DNA of 64,000 nucleotides, taken from Candidatus Latescibacterota bacterium. Its GTDB lineage: Bacteria > Latescibacterota > UBA2968 > GCA-2709665. Each line of letters opens with the position of its first letter. Within the stretch, counting starts at the first letter, position 1. Shown here piece by piece: positions 8,839-19,075 of the stretch. The translations under genes were made by a program, and so were the position numbers. Under the pieces are notes generated by a model. The model saw only the letters and a program-made list of their open reading frames with translations. It made no database searches and was not told the DNA's origin. Location of the stretch: NCBI GenBank assembly GCA_965248435.1, contig OZ252100.1:2080001-2144000 (forward strand). The letters run 5' to 3'.

Positions 8839-9696
8839 TTATGTAGCCCCATTCTCCGCACACTCCACAGTATTGCGCAGAAGCATCGCGACGGTGGTCG
8901 GACCAACCCCACCACGTCTGGGCGTTATCCATCCGGCCACCTCGGAGACTGATTCCTCAACATCGGGCACAAGCCGCTTACCCTTCCAGGTGATTCCTCC
9001 GCTGATCACAACTGCCCCGGGCTTCACCATCTCTTTCTTAACGATACCAGGAACCCCTGCCGCAGCTATCACCATGTCGGCTCGTCTTGTGAATTTCCCA
9101 ATGTCAGGTACAGCACTATGCACGACAGTCACAGCCGCATTCGCCCCAGGACGTTTGAGGGATAAGAGAAGTGCTAAGGGACGTCCAAGAGTGGGTCCGC
9201 GGCCAACGATAGCGACTTCTCGACCCTCAATGGGAATCTGATAGTGTATTAGCATTGCCTGTATTCCCGCTGGAGTTGCGGGAACGGGGCCAGGTTCCTG
9301 CAATACTAATTTTCCGAGGTTCGATGGATGTAATCCGTCAGCATCTTTTTTTGGATCAATAGACCTGACCGCTTCTCCAAAATCGAAACCTTTAGGTACA
9401 GGAAACTGGATCAAGAATCCATGCACTTCCGGTCTCTCATTAAACTCCCTGACGACGTCTAGCAAATCTGCTTGTGTAGCATTCGCCGGGATGTGTTCGT
9501 CAAATGACCCAAAGCCCATCTTCTTGCAAGTCTCGTGTTTTTTTTGGATGTACCCAGCACTTTCGGCACTATCTCCAACCAAGATCGTACCTAGACCAGG
9601 GACAATTCCTTTGTCTTTTAGCCTCTTCACACGCTCGGAGACATCTGCCAAAACCGCATCTGCAACCGGCTTCCCTTCCAGCAATTGTGCTGACAT
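8839..9696 (-). CDS. folD: Bifunctional methylenetetrahydrofolate dehydrogenase/cyclohydrolase
   Basis: LEGKPVA, Y...K, KDADGLHP.N.G, PATPAG, TPRRGGVGPTTVAMLLRN. Confidence 0.9.
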   Translation of the reverse strand: MSAQLLEGKPVADAVLADVSERVKRLKDKGIVPGLGTILVGDSAESAGYIQKKHETCKKMGFGSFDEHIPANATQADLLDVVREFNERPEVHGFLIQFPVPKGFDFGEAVRSIDPKKDADGLHPSNLGKLVLQEPGPVPATPAGIQAMLIHYQIPIEGREVAIVGRGPTLGRPLALLLSLKRPGANAAVTVVHSAVPDIGKFTRRADMVIAAAGVPGIVKKEMVKPGAVVISGGITWKGKRLVPDVEESVSEVAGWITPRRGGVGPTTVAMLLRNTVECAENGAT

Positions 9697-9729
9697 ATCT
9701 CCTTCTCCGATACTAACCAATACGATCTG

Positions 9730-10167
9730 TTAGGCTCTTCGTCCTTCGTCAAAGTCATAGTAATCGAAGAGAGTTTGAATCTCTTCGCGATCTCCTAAGC
9801 CAATGCTATCTTTTTCGCGTTGAACAAGCTCACTATCATCGTCTCGCCAACCGCGTTTCTCCATGAAAAGGTTCCAAATAAGTACCTCCTCATCGTTTGG
9901 TCTTCGACCATTGGAGTAACACCAGTCTAGGACCTCCAAATCCGTTTTCCCCTCAGAAATGAGCCTTCTGATCTCCTGGTAGTCAACGTGAAGGAAACGA
10001 CAGCAACGCCTATCAAAGCCTACGCCAACAAATTCATGGTAGGCTTCTGGTAAGACACCGCGTTGCATTAACCTGGCCTTGCTGCACATTCTGGCAAAAT
10101 AGACTAGTCGCTCAGTCTTTTCGTAGCCGCTAGCTGGTAGATCATCGCTCATAATCTTCCGCTCCAT
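9730..10167 (-). CDS. DUF5069-like protein
   Basis: LVYFARMCSKARL...G.LP..Y, FD..CC.FL.VDY, FDYYDFDEGR pattern. Confidence 0.65.
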   Translation of the reverse strand: MERKIMSDDLPASGYEKTERLVYFARMCSKARLMQRGVLPEAYHEFVGVGFDRRCCRFLHVDYQEIRRLISEGKTDLEVLDWCYSNGRRPNDEEVLIWNLFMEKRGWRDDDSELVQREKDSIGLGDREEIQTLFDYYDFDEGRRA

Positions 10168-10254
10168 TTGATTTCTAGATTCTACAAAGCCGCGAGCACA
10201 ATGTCAGCTGGCCCAGCGAGTTCCTGTCCGAAATGCAGAATATCTCTGCTGTCG

Positions 10255-10722
10255 TCACTTGCCTCCCGGCGATCTCGTCATAATGGTATATGGTGCCACC
10301 TCGAAACCGCAGCGCCGGTATGCCCGGAGTGCGCGTTCGTTCGCATTGTGTGCATAAAGCCGGACATCTAATGCACCGTGCGCTTTTGCTACCACTGTTA
10401 TGTGATCCAACAAGAGTCTAACAAGCCCTGTGCCGCGGTGTTCGGGTAGGATAAAGAGACTCTGGATCCACCAGTAGTGTCCGCCGCGAAAGTCGCTCCA
10501 CTCGGTCACCACGGAAGTGCTCCCTGCGACGCAGTTGTTCGGCGCCTCGGCTACCCAGTAAGCAGCCAGCGGTGGATCCTCAAACGCCGCCTGTACACCA
10601 CGTCCCACGGCCACTGGGTCCAATTCGGTACCCTCGGCTTCGCGAGCTTCCTCCAGTGTGAAAGTGACAAGCGTGTCGATGTCTTCCTTGACTGCCTCGC
10701 GTATGATGTAAGTAGGTGCCAC
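10255..10722 (-). CDS. GNAT N-acetyltransferase
   Basis: EWSDFR..WWIQSLFILPEHRGTG, N.RA..AY...GF; GTG at 10722 avoids overlap with RidA. Confidence 0.8.
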   Translation of the reverse strand: MAPTYIIREAVKEDIDTLVTFTLEEAREAEGTELDPVAVGRGVQAAFEDPPLAAYWVAEAPNNCVAGSTSVVTEWSDFRGGHYWWIQSLFILPEHRGTGLVRLLLDHITVVAKAHGALDVRLYAHNANERALRAYRRCGFEVAPYTIMTRSPGGK

Positions 10723-10742
10723 AGAAGTTTCCCCGGATCGAG

Positions 10743-11087
10743 CTACTTCGCGGCTAACGCGACAATTTCGATCAACGTATCTCCCTCCAATTTCACTTCG
10801 ACGCAAGCCCGTTGTGGCCAGTGGTCCGGGCCGATCCAAGGTTCCCATATCTCGTTGACAATAGGTTTCTTCTCAATTTCTGTGATGTAGATGGTTGCGG
10901 AAATCAACCGGGTTTTGTCCGTGCCTGCCTCTGCTAGATTGTTATCCAACTGCGCAAGCGCCTGCTCGGTCTGGCTCCTCAGATCTCCTGACAAATCCAG
11001 TGCAATTACAGCCGTGTAGATCAATCCTTTGTGTTCGACTGACTCACTGCGGCCAACAGCCTTGCCAGGATATCGCTTGATTGTCAC
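10743..11087 (-). CDS. RidA/YjgF family protein
   Basis: QTEQAL...L..AGTDK, NEIW..W...P.RACVE.KL...LIEI. Confidence 0.9.
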   Translation of the reverse strand: MTIKRYPGKAVGRSESVEHKGLIYTAVIALDLSGDLRSQTEQALAQLDNNLAEAGTDKTRLISATIYITEIEKKPIVNEIWEPWIGPDHWPQRACVEVKLEGDTLIEIVALAAK

Positions 11088-11124
11088 GATCTACTCCTCA
11101 GCTCGCACGAGCAAGTTCAACATC

Positions 11125-11730
11125 TTAGAGATCTTCTGGCACATTCGTCTTCAGTTCCTCCATCGTCCTGCTGCTTTGAAGCGCCTGAAGCACACTCTCG
11201 TTAGGGTTCGTGAACACAACGGGGTAGTCCTTACCACCTCTCCTCTTGTCTATCTCGAATGCCAATCTCTCTTCGTCAACCGAGAACTGAGCATCTATTC
11301 CCGGTTTATTGCCACGCGCATCGACCCTGATCCATTTACCAGTCCCCTTGAGATATATGCCGTTCAAGCCGTGAAGAAACCTCCAAGGAGTCGTCTCAGA
11401 CCCACTTGCCAGAACCTGATAGCAGAATCCCGCAGGAATTCCTTGGGCACGAAGAATAGCGGCCAAAAGGTGAGACTTTGCCCAACAGATTCCTTCCTTC
11501 CTTTGCAGCACATCAGATGCCCTGCATGTGACTGTCTTTCCAACAATATCAAGCGAATGGCTGATACGGTCCCTCACGAACTCATATGCAGATCGGGCGA
11601 ACTCTCCATCAGAGCCTGCACTCTGCGCCAGTTCACGAGCAACGGTTTGAACCTCGGGATGCTCAAAGTCTATGACTTCTGAGCTTACCAGATAATCGTT
11701 GATGTCGTTTGATTCAGAACACAGATTCAT
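11125..11730 (-). CDS. Transglutaminase-like family protein
   Basis: GICWAKSHLLAAILRA.GIP, HGLN, W.RVDARGN (Cys-His-Asp triad). Confidence 0.85.
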   Translation of the reverse strand: MNLCSESNDINDYLVSSEVIDFEHPEVQTVARELAQSAGSDGEFARSAYEFVRDRISHSLDIVGKTVTCRASDVLQRKEGICWAKSHLLAAILRAQGIPAGFCYQVLASGSETTPWRFLHGLNGIYLKGTGKWIRVDARGNKPGIDAQFSVDEERLAFEIDKRRGGKDYPVVFTNPNESVLQALQSSRTMEELKTNVPEDL

Positions 11731-12532
11731 TTGTGCCTATTCTTCTCTTCCTGGCCTCAAATATTCCCGCAGCCTTGGTAATGTGGATAGGACCTCGTGA
11801 GGCAATTTCTGCTTCCAGGATCCTTCTGAACTCTGGCAACTTTGCTTCGTCAAGCCTGTTGCTCGAAAGAACGTAGGTTACTAAAGGTTCGACCTCTGGA
11901 ACGATCAAAGCGTCATCACGCAGGTGAACTTTGACTTCGTCAAACCATTCCGAAAGCTGTTCTGTTCCACTCTCAAGGTCAAAATGGAAGCCCGGCCTAA
12001 TCGGGTAGGCAGCCGGATCGGCCCTTTTGGCAAGATCGATAAGCTCCTTCATATGACCTTTCCCAACAGTCGATGCGAAAAAACGCCCGTTCGCCTTCAA
12101 GACTCGCCACATTTCCGAGAGTGCTTTGGGCCTATCGGGCACGTGATAGAGCATATGATTTGCAATCACTGTATCAAATGTCTCATCTGTAAAAGGAATT
12201 GCCTGAGCATCGATAAGTTTGAAATCGAATTTGCGTTGGCTCTCTCTAAGATTGTCCTGGGCTTCCTGAAGCATCCCCGATGAGAAGTCTGAAACCGTTA
12301 TGTCCCACCCATTAGGAAGACGGTCCAAATTCTTCCCCCACAACCAGGCAGGTCCGCAGCCCAGTTCGAGTATGCGATTGCTGGGAGGGAGCCTCAGATG
12401 ATCGAAGATCCATCGATTCCAACTACCCTTGTTTACACTGAATAGCCCATGTAGTTGCGAACGATCTTTGAGGTTGGTAGCATCTTTGTATTGATGCGTA
12501 AGAAGATGCTCTCGATCCGTTTTCTTATCCAT
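11714..12532 (-). CDS. Class I SAM-dependent methyltransferase
   Basis: ILELGCGPA, D.S.GML, FDTVIANHMLYHVPD. Confidence 0.85.
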   Translation of the reverse strand: MDKKTDREHLLTHQYKDATNLKDRSQLHGLFSVNKGSWNRWIFDHLRLPPSNRILELGCGPAWLWGKNLDRLPNGWDITVSDFSSGMLQEAQDNLRESQRKFDFKLIDAQAIPFTDETFDTVIANHMLYHVPDRPKALSEMWRVLKANGRFFASTVGKGHMKELIDLAKRADPAAYPIRPGFHFDLESGTEQLSEWFDEVKVHLRDDALIVPEVEPLVTYVLSSNRLDEAKLPEFRRILEAEIASRGPIHITKAAGIFEARKRRIGTNESVF

Positions 12533-12575
12533 AAGATCTATCAATGCTTGTAATGCTCACGCACAACTGATTGCA

Positions 12576-13256
12576 CTAGATTGTGACTATCTCCAATACC
12601 TCATCGAGTGAATCGATCTGATGCATCGGTTCAGGTTGCTCAGACGGCCAAGTATGATAGCCGCACTTCCATATAGGGGTCATTCGAACGGCGGCGGCTC
12701 CCAAGACATCGTTAACTGGATGATCCCCCACAAACCATGCCTCCTTCGCCGAAACTCCTACCTCGGAAAGACCAACTTCGAATATCCTAGCTTCAGGCTT
12801 TTTCACTCCAATGGCTTCTGATACTATGACACAAGACATCTGATCCCTAATGCCGAGGACGTCTATTTTCAAGTTCTGCCCAAATTCAGACCCGTTTGTT
12901 ATGATCCCAACCTTCAACCCTAGTCCTTTCAGACCCTTCAACGTCGTGCCGACTCCGGGAATAGGCTTGGCACATTTCGGAAATCTGGTCCTCCAGAAGT
13001 CACTTATCTCCTCAGCGGATGGACTAGGCTCCCAAGGAAGGATCCTTGTGAGTTCGGTGAAGAATTCATCTTTCGGCCTATAGCCGCCCTGGTCCGCATT
13101 GCGAATACTATTGAAAACTTCCTCATAGTCAGTCGAATCAAAGAGGTGCGAGAAGTGATCGTAGAAGACTTCCGCAAATGCCACTAAGGTGCCCTCTCTG
13201 TCTACCAGAGTGTTATCTAAATCAAAGAATACGCATCCATGACCAACAAGAGACAT
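12576..13256 (-). CDS. HAD-family hydrolase
   Basis: FFDLDNTL, ITNG, KKP...IF, FVGDHP.NDV; TGATG overlap with upstream gene. Confidence 0.85.
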   Translation of the reverse strand: MSLVGHGCVFFDLDNTLVDREGTLVAFAEVFYDHFSHLFDSTDYEEVFNSIRNADQGGYRPKDEFFTELTRILPWEPSPSAEEISDFWRTRFPKCAKPIPGVGTTLKGLKGLGLKVGIITNGSEFGQNLKIDVLGIRDQMSCVIVSEAIGVKKPEARIFEVGLSEVGVSAKEAWFVGDHPVNDVLGAAAVRMTPIWKCGYHTWPSEQPEPMHQIDSLDEVLEIVTI

Positions 13257-13984
13257 CACCATCCATCCTGTTCCTTTGTACCGCCAAATATCGCGTGACC
13301 GGCCTTCATCCAATAGACGTCAACATTCTCGAACCCTGCTTCCTCCAGCCACTTCAGCTGATCGAGCAGACTGGAGGGCTTATCAACGGGATCGGGATAC
13401 CGATAGAAATTCCATTTCATTTTCCTAAAAGCGTCGAAGGCCTTCTGATCGCCGTCAAACCTAAGGGCGCGCTCAAGCACAGCGTCATCCCAGGCCTTTG
13501 CTGCGTATTCGATTGCAGTTTTATCGACGGGCTGAATCAAGTCTGCAATCAGAAAATCGCCTCCCGGATCCAGAACTCTGCAAATGTCTTGAAAGAGCTG
13601 CTTCTTCTGCTCTCCATCCAAATGATGAATGCCTAGCGAGGAGACCACTACCCTAACAGAGAAGTCAACGGTTCGCCAAGAGCGATCTGCTAGCTCAAAG
13701 ATCCTCGTTTTGTATCGGCCTTTATACTGAGCAAGATTAGCCTCAGCACGTTTCAACATATCGGGCGAACCGTCGAATCCGCATACACTACAGTGTGAAA
13801 ATTTCTCAAGTAAAGCTCCTGCCAGGGTTCCATCTCCGCAGCAGATATCGAGTATGTTGATTTGCTCCTCACACTCTGGAATCAAAGCACAAATAGTCTC
13901 AATTTGTTCCTCACGATCAGGCACGAAGTATCGGCCGAAATCCATGAAAGTTTCAGAGTCTTGTTCGGTCCAGGTCTCTTCCAT
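13256..13984 (-). CDS. Class I SAM-dependent methyltransferase
   Basis: ILDICCGDG, SSLGIHHL, L.PGG. Confidence 0.85.
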   Translation of the reverse strand: MEETWTEQDSETFMDFGRYFVPDREEQIETICALIPECEEQINILDICCGDGTLAGALLEKFSHCSVCGFDGSPDMLKRAEANLAQYKGRYKTRIFELADRSWRTVDFSVRVVVSSLGIHHLDGEQKKQLFQDICRVLDPGGDFLIADLIQPVDKTAIEYAAKAWDDAVLERALRFDGDQKAFDAFRKMKWNFYRYPDPVDKPSSLLDQLKWLEEAGFENVDVYWMKAGHAIFGGTKEQDGW

Positions 13985-14004
13985 TGCAGAAATCTGCCCT
14001 TGGC

Positions 14005-14469
14005 TTATAGATCCAAGTGCATCCTCTGAGTCTCAGGCTCGAAGCCCTGGGATCTGAAGAGGCTTTGCGCCTCCTGATTGAAGCACCATACTTCGAGGTC
14101 CAACCGATGTATCCCTTTTTCTCTGGCTATCGCCTTCGCTTCTTCTACAAGCTTAGCCGCGAGTCCACGTCGACGGAAATCTCTAGCCACAGCAATCTGC
14201 TCGATATACAACGACTTGAAAGCAAACCGGAGTTGATTCTCCGGCCTCTCCCTCACGATGGCAACCATATACCCCACTAATTCGCTCTCTTCTGCAATAA
14301 GGATCACCGATTTCTCATCCTTTAGACGTTCTGCAAAATTCTCCCTTGAGGCTTCGGACACAAGAGGCTTGAAAAAGTCTGGTCGTGCCTCAACGTGGAT
14401 GTCGTGAACCCATCGCCTGAGATCAGCAAGAGCATCCAGATCCTTCTCTGTGGCCCGCCTGATTTCCAC
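14005..14469 (-). CDS. GNAT N-acetyltransferase
   Basis: IAV...FRRRGLA, N..A..LF...GF. Confidence 0.85.
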   Translation of the reverse strand: MEIRRATEKDLDALADLRRWVHDIHVEARPDFFKPLVSEASRENFAERLKDEKSVILIAEESELVGYMVAIVRERPENQLRFAFKSLYIEQIAVARDFRRRGLAAKLVEEAKAIAREKGIHRLDLEVWCFNQEAQSLFRSQGFEPETQRMHLDL

Positions 14470-14496
14470 TGTGGTTTCCCTTTATAATCCTCTTAG

Positions 14497-15285
14497 CTAC
14501 TGTGCAATTAGTCCGCCATCTACGACCATGGCGTGACCAGTAACAAAGGAGGCTGCGTCTGAACAGAGCCATACCACCGCTTCGGCAACCTCCTCAGGGG
14601 TCCCTATTCTACCGCTCGGCTCCTTCCGAATGTTATCTCTTTCTAGTTCTATTCTCGCTTCGGGACTACCGCCTGCAATGACTTCGCCTAATCGCTCATA
14701 CATCGGTGTCCGAATCGTGCCTGGGCACACGGCATTGACCCGAATGCCTGCCTGAGCAAATTCCAACGCTGCGGTCTTGGTCAGCCCAACAACACCATGC
14801 TTACTGGCAATATACGCTGGTAAACCCAGGTCATTTCCCACCAGCCCCATTGTCGAGGAGGTGTTCACAACCGCGCCACTCCCCTGCTCAAGCATCTGTT
14901 GGAGTTCATATTTCATGCACAGCCACACCCCTTTGAGGTTGACGCCAATGACTTGATCCCAATTCTCCTCTGAACATTTGTGAGTGCTGGCTTGAACGCC
15001 TTCGATTCCTGCGTTATTGTGTGCGCAGTCTAATCGACCGAACATCCCGATGGCGCTCTTGAATAGTATTTCTACATCTGAGCGTTTCGAGACATCGACT
15101 GGCACGAACAGCGCATCGGTTCCGGATTTCGAGATCAGATGCGCTGTCTCTTCTCCGCCTTCAGTGTCTATGTCACCAATGATGACCCTTGCTCCCTCCC
15201 TGGCAAATGCTAGAGCCGAAGCTCTTCCCATTCCAGAGCTCCCTCCGGTTACGAGCGCAACCTTGTCCACCAGGCACCCCGACAT
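14497..15285 (-). CDS. Short-chain dehydrogenase/reductase (SDR)
   Basis: TGGSSGMG, NNAG, Y.ASK, RVNAVCPG, VDGG. Confidence 0.9.
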   Translation of the reverse strand: MSGCLVDKVALVTGGSSGMGRASALAFAREGARVIIGDIDTEGGEETAHLISKSGTDALFVPVDVSKRSDVEILFKSAIGMFGRLDCAHNNAGIEGVQASTHKCSEENWDQVIGVNLKGVWLCMKYELQQMLEQGSGAVVNTSSTMGLVGNDLGLPAYIASKHGVVGLTKTAALEFAQAGIRVNAVCPGTIRTPMYERLGEVIAGGSPEARIELERDNIRKEPSGRIGTPEEVAEAVVWLCSDAASFVTGHAMVVDGGLIAQ

Positions 15286-16044
15286 CTAGGTCTCTCTCAG
15301 AGTCTTTTTGAACACGAACAGGTCTACGGGCTCGAGGATCGGCCCGTCGGGCTGGAAATCCTCGTCTCTGGCCATCGCTTCCAGTCCCTCTTCGAACTCT
15401 GAATCAGTGATGCTTGCCAGATCCGACAGAGCCCGTTGAGCGATTTTCTCTCTGTATTCACTGAAAGATACCGCAAACGCCTGATTGATCACTGTGTGGT
15501 CAACTAGACTAAATCCATTCGCTTGTATGGTCCCGATAAGCTCCGATTTTCCAGGCAGCATTTTCTTTCCCACACGTCGGGCACTTGGAAAATACTTTAG
15601 ATACGGCACGCGATCATGCAGATCCAAGGTCGAGTTCCGGATACATAGCTTGCCACCTGCTCTGAGCACCCGGAACCACTCACGAGTCGCTTCGATCGGC
15701 TCAGTGAGGTGATGGAACACCATTGAGAGAAAGACTAAGTCAGATGAATCATCTCTGATGGGGACAGCGTGAGTGTCTCCTCTGACAAATCTCACATTAT
15801 TTCCACCCGATCTGGCTTGGCTAAGCATTCTAAAGGAGGGATCGATCCCAATGAGCCTTGCATTGAACCTTTCGGCAAGGGCATCAGAGAAGCGTCCGGT
15901 CCCACATCCAACATCTACAATACACCTCACCGGTCCAACGATCAGATCTGCAATCGCATCCAGCCAGATCCTCAGTGTGGCTTCGGGGAGCTGCCTCGCT
16001 TTTACATAGGTGGCAGGTATGTCAGTGCGGTCGTACTCTAACAT
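15286..16044 (-). CDS. Class I SAM-dependent methyltransferase
   Basis: VDVGCGTG, RVLRAGG. Confidence 0.85.
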   Translation of the reverse strand: MLEYDRTDIPATYVKARQLPEATLRIWLDAIADLIVGPVRCIVDVGCGTGRFSDALAERFNARLIGIDPSFRMLSQARSGGNNVRFVRGDTHAVPIRDDSSDLVFLSMVFHHLTEPIEATREWFRVLRAGGKLCIRNSTLDLHDRVPYLKYFPSARRVGKKMLPGKSELIGTIQANGFSLVDHTVINQAFAVSFSEYREKIAQRALSDLASITDSEFEEGLEAMARDEDFQPDGPILEPVDLFVFKKTLRET

Positions 16045-16090
16045 TGGGATCCAGTATGCTTGCGACGCCTACCAAATCTAAGCGCTCACC

Positions 16091-16762
16091 TCATTCGATC
16101 ACATAACTGACTACAATTCTCAGACAATCCGGGAACCGAACGATATCGATCTCGTTCGAGTATGGACGAATAATTTCCCTTAGCTCCCCATCCGAGAGAT
16201 AATGCTTGATCACACGGTAACGTGACCCATCTCGCAGCTCACGCGTCTGTATGTGGTTTCCTGCCTCATCATATAGGCCGGTGATGTTGTGATTGTGGGG
16301 CAACTGATCGCAGAACACCACCCTTGAATTTGGCTTCAGTCGCTCGTGCAGCCCTTGAAGAAATCCGTTAAGGCGTGACTTAGGAACGTGTGCAAACCAG
16401 TCAACGGCAAATGCGGCGTCAAATGATTCACTCACCGATGTGAGATCGTACGCATCCACGGCTTGCAACGAAACCTTGTCCCAATCTAGGGATTTACGTC
16501 GCGCTTGCTCCAAAGCCGACTCATTATAGTCTGTGGCAAGAATGGAATCGGCAACCTTACTAACCAGGGCGGTCCAGAAGCAGGGGCCGCAGGCGACTTC
16601 AAGAACCCTCCTCTCCCTCAGCAGGTCCTGTACTTCCCTAATCACGGGAGCGAGAGCCTTGACCGTTTCTGGCTGGTCATACCCCATAGACTGATCGTAG
16701 CGGGGTGCCCTCTTCCCGTAGTAGGTCTGCATTTCCTCTACAATCGTTTCTTTCAATTTCAT
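16091..16762 (-). CDS. Class I SAM-dependent methyltransferase
   Basis: VLEVACGP, FDAAFA..WFAHVP. Confidence 0.85.
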   Translation of the reverse strand: MKLKETIVEEMQTYYGKRAPRYDQSMGYDQPETVKALAPVIREVQDLLRERRVLEVACGPCFWTALVSKVADSILATDYNESALEQARRKSLDWDKVSLQAVDAYDLTSVSESFDAAFAVDWFAHVPKSRLNGFLQGLHERLKPNSRVVFCDQLPHNHNITGLYDEAGNHIQTRELRDGSRYRVIKHYLSDGELREIIRPYSNEIDIVRFPDCLRIVVSYVIE

Positions 16763-16798
16763 GTTGCCCTTACCCCCTAACTGACCTTTGGGTGACAG

Positions 16799-17161
16799 TT
16801 AAACCACAATTATCATCTCCACTCTATTCCCGAACGGATCACGAAATTCGAAGCGTTCAAAGCCTGGGACAGGTACTGATTCGAATATCTCAACACCTTC
16901 ATCAGTTAGGCGCGACCGCCAAAATGCCAGGTCCGATACCTCATAAGCCAGATGCGCTTTTGTCGCTTGACGATCAACACCATCCTCTGTCCCGATGTGG
17001 ACTTCCCCATCCCCGACCTTGAGCCATAGGCCACCGCGTGCTTTCAGAATATCGGGCTTCTCCAACTCCTTTAGCTGCAGAGTTCCACAATAAAAGCTTC
17101 TCGCTTCCTCTTCAAAGCCTCTTGGGATTGTGATCTGTGCGTGATGAATGCCCTTTATCAT
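16799..17161 (-). CDS. VOC/glyoxalase family protein
   Basis: IHHAQITIP...ARSFY, HLAYEV, RDPFGNRVE. Confidence 0.85.
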   Translation of the reverse strand: MIKGIHHAQITIPRGFEEEARSFYCGTLQLKELEKPDILKARGGLWLKVGDGEVHIGTEDGVDRQATKAHLAYEVSDLAFWRSRLTDEGVEIFESVPVPGFERFEFRDPFGNRVEMIIVV

Positions 17162-17207
17162 CTTGCTATCTCTTGGCCTTCTACCGCTAAGGCCGTTGAA
17201 ATTTCCT

Positions 17208-17601
17208 TCAGGCATCGCCCTGTCCTCCGGTCAATCTTGCTGCCTTACGCCTCAATTCCTCGGTCTCGGCATCGCACAGCCGCTCCTCCGGGCTGATTTC
17301 AGTGCGCTCAACAAACGCCACGATTAGAGGACGGTTAATGAGCCATTCGAGACGATCCTCGTTGCCGGCAAAATCGGGGCAGTCTACATCATCATCGCTC
17401 TGCTACCTTGTAGAGGAACCCTTCTCCTATCTTGCCATCGTGCTTGACCCCTGAATTGGAAGCAGAAACGATAGTGGGTTTATGAGAGAATGCACGGGCT
17501 GCGTCCCTATTCTGCGTAATAGCACTACCCGGTTTAAGTGTGGTTAGGTCTTTGTAAGGCGACCCATGGTACCACGTGCCGTCATAGTCCCAGTCTTTCA
17601 C
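17208..17601 (-). pseudogene. Small protein split by frameshift near 17395, possibly ADP-ribosyltransferase fold
   Basis: WYHGSP...LKPGS...GFLYKVAE then DDVDCP...EWLINRPL in another frame to stop at 17208. Confidence 0.55.
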
Positions 17602-17604
17602 GAT

Positions 17605-18228
17605 CTACTCCCTATAAGGCCGACTTGGTGCAATCCTTTGGCCACTTTTCACCTTTTCAAATTTCTCTCGAGTAAGAATCAGATCATAGCAACTGCGTGC
17701 CTTTCGCCCTGGAGGTTGCGGCACTACTGAGTCCACTTCATATCCGTTCTTCTGAAACGCCTTTAGGCTCCGAGGATTATAATCAGCCACATCGCAAGCG
17801 AAGATCACGTCTGATTGTTCCTCTTCAAATCCCAATTCGCTTAGTAGACCAACGACTCTCGTCCCTATCCCATGCCCCCATAGATCCTTTTCGCCAATCG
17901 TGAGGTCAATTCGACGACAGTCTAGATCTGGATAGCTTTTAAGGATCCTCTCAAGATTCATTTGCTGAAGCCAGCACTCCCCGATCGACCGACCATCATA
18001 CTCCGCAATAAAGCAAAAGGCTGCTTGTGACACAGAGCGATAGATATTGTGAACTTCCTCGAGGGTTCGTCCTGTGACATTATCCCCTTCGGAAAAGTAG
18101 AGCACTTCTGGATCACTATTCCATTTCATTAATAAGTCCCAGTCTGCCTCGGTCATCGGACGCAAGATCAATTCTTCGTCCTCAAGTGTGACATCATGTA
18201 GTCTCAGCTTGTCCACACATATCTCCAC
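17605..18228 (-). CDS. GNAT N-acetyltransferase
   Basis: IGEKDLWGHGIGT, DYNPRSLKAFQKNGY. Confidence 0.85.
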   Translation of the reverse strand: MEICVDKLRLHDVTLEDEELILRPMTEADWDLLMKWNSDPEVLYFSEGDNVTGRTLEEVHNIYRSVSQAAFCFIAEYDGRSIGECWLQQMNLERILKSYPDLDCRRIDLTIGEKDLWGHGIGTRVVGLLSELGFEEEQSDVIFACDVADYNPRSLKAFQKNGYEVDSVVPQPPGRKARSCYDLILTREKFEKVKSGQRIAPSRPYRE

Positions 18229-18263
18229 AGGAGGCAGTCGATTGAGCTGCTCAGTTGTCGTCT

Positions 18264-19022
18264 TTACTTCGCTGAGTCGACGGGTTTCCTGGCGACTGCG
18301 ATCAGGCGGTCGGCTTTCCGCCCATATTCGACGCCCTCGAAGTTACCATAGAGCTTCACTTCATTAAAGCCCACATCGGCCAGTCTATCCTTCAACTCTT
18401 GGCCGGAATAGATTGTGTGATGGAAGCTGAAGCTTAACACTTCCGAGCCCTTGACCATCGTCCACTCGTTTCGGATCCGAGTCCATTCGTCAAAGATCTC
18501 ACGGCGGTACACCATCAGAGTCCCGTCATCCAGCTTCTCAGACGTCGTGGACAGAAATATCTTCGCCAATCGTTCCTTCCCAATGATATCGATCACGACG
18601 GCGCCCCCGGGCACGAGATTCGCCAAGACGTTCTGAAGCACTTTGAGGTCTTCTGCTTTGTCATCGAAGTATCCGAATGATGTGTAAGAGTTCAGTACAA
18701 GGTCGAATGCATTGGGCCGAAGGAACTCCCGCATGTCCTCCTGGACCCACTCGATATCTAGCCCCTCATCCGCTGCCCTCGTTTTGGCTTTGTTCAGCAG
18801 AAAGGGAGTTCTATCCACTCCAGTGACACGGAATTCACGTCGTGCGAAAGGGATGCAGAACCGACCGGGACCGCAGCACAAGTCGAGAACCGATCCAGAG
18901 CTTAGATTGACCAACTCCAGCAGCTTGTCGACCAGCTCCTCTGCCGCTTGAAACTTGCTTTCAGGAAATATGAAAGGATATGTTTCGATCCAGAAGGATT
19001 CATCTTCAAACCATTGTGTCAT
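18264..19022 (-). CDS. Class I SAM-dependent methyltransferase
   Basis: VLDLCCGPGR, DMR, TSFGYF, L.PGG. Confidence 0.85.
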   Translation of the reverse strand: MTQWFEDESFWIETYPFIFPESKFQAAEELVDKLLELVNLSSGSVLDLCCGPGRFCIPFARREFRVTGVDRTPFLLNKAKTRAADEGLDIEWVQEDMREFLRPNAFDLVLNSYTSFGYFDDKAEDLKVLQNVLANLVPGGAVVIDIIGKERLAKIFLSTTSEKLDDGTLMVYRREIFDEWTRIRNEWTMVKGSEVLSFSFHHTIYSGQELKDRLADVGFNEVKLYGNFEGVEYGRKADRLIAVARKPVDSAK

Positions 19023-19075
19023 TCCTGACCCCTACTGTCTGCTGTTATGAGCCGGCGACTGTGCGAAACTTGATC

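Noticed and set aside
10751-10758. CGGCTAAC as the 5' boundary of a folD-containing cassette
   Set aside because: It lies inside the RidA coding end with no adjoining attC body; probably chance.
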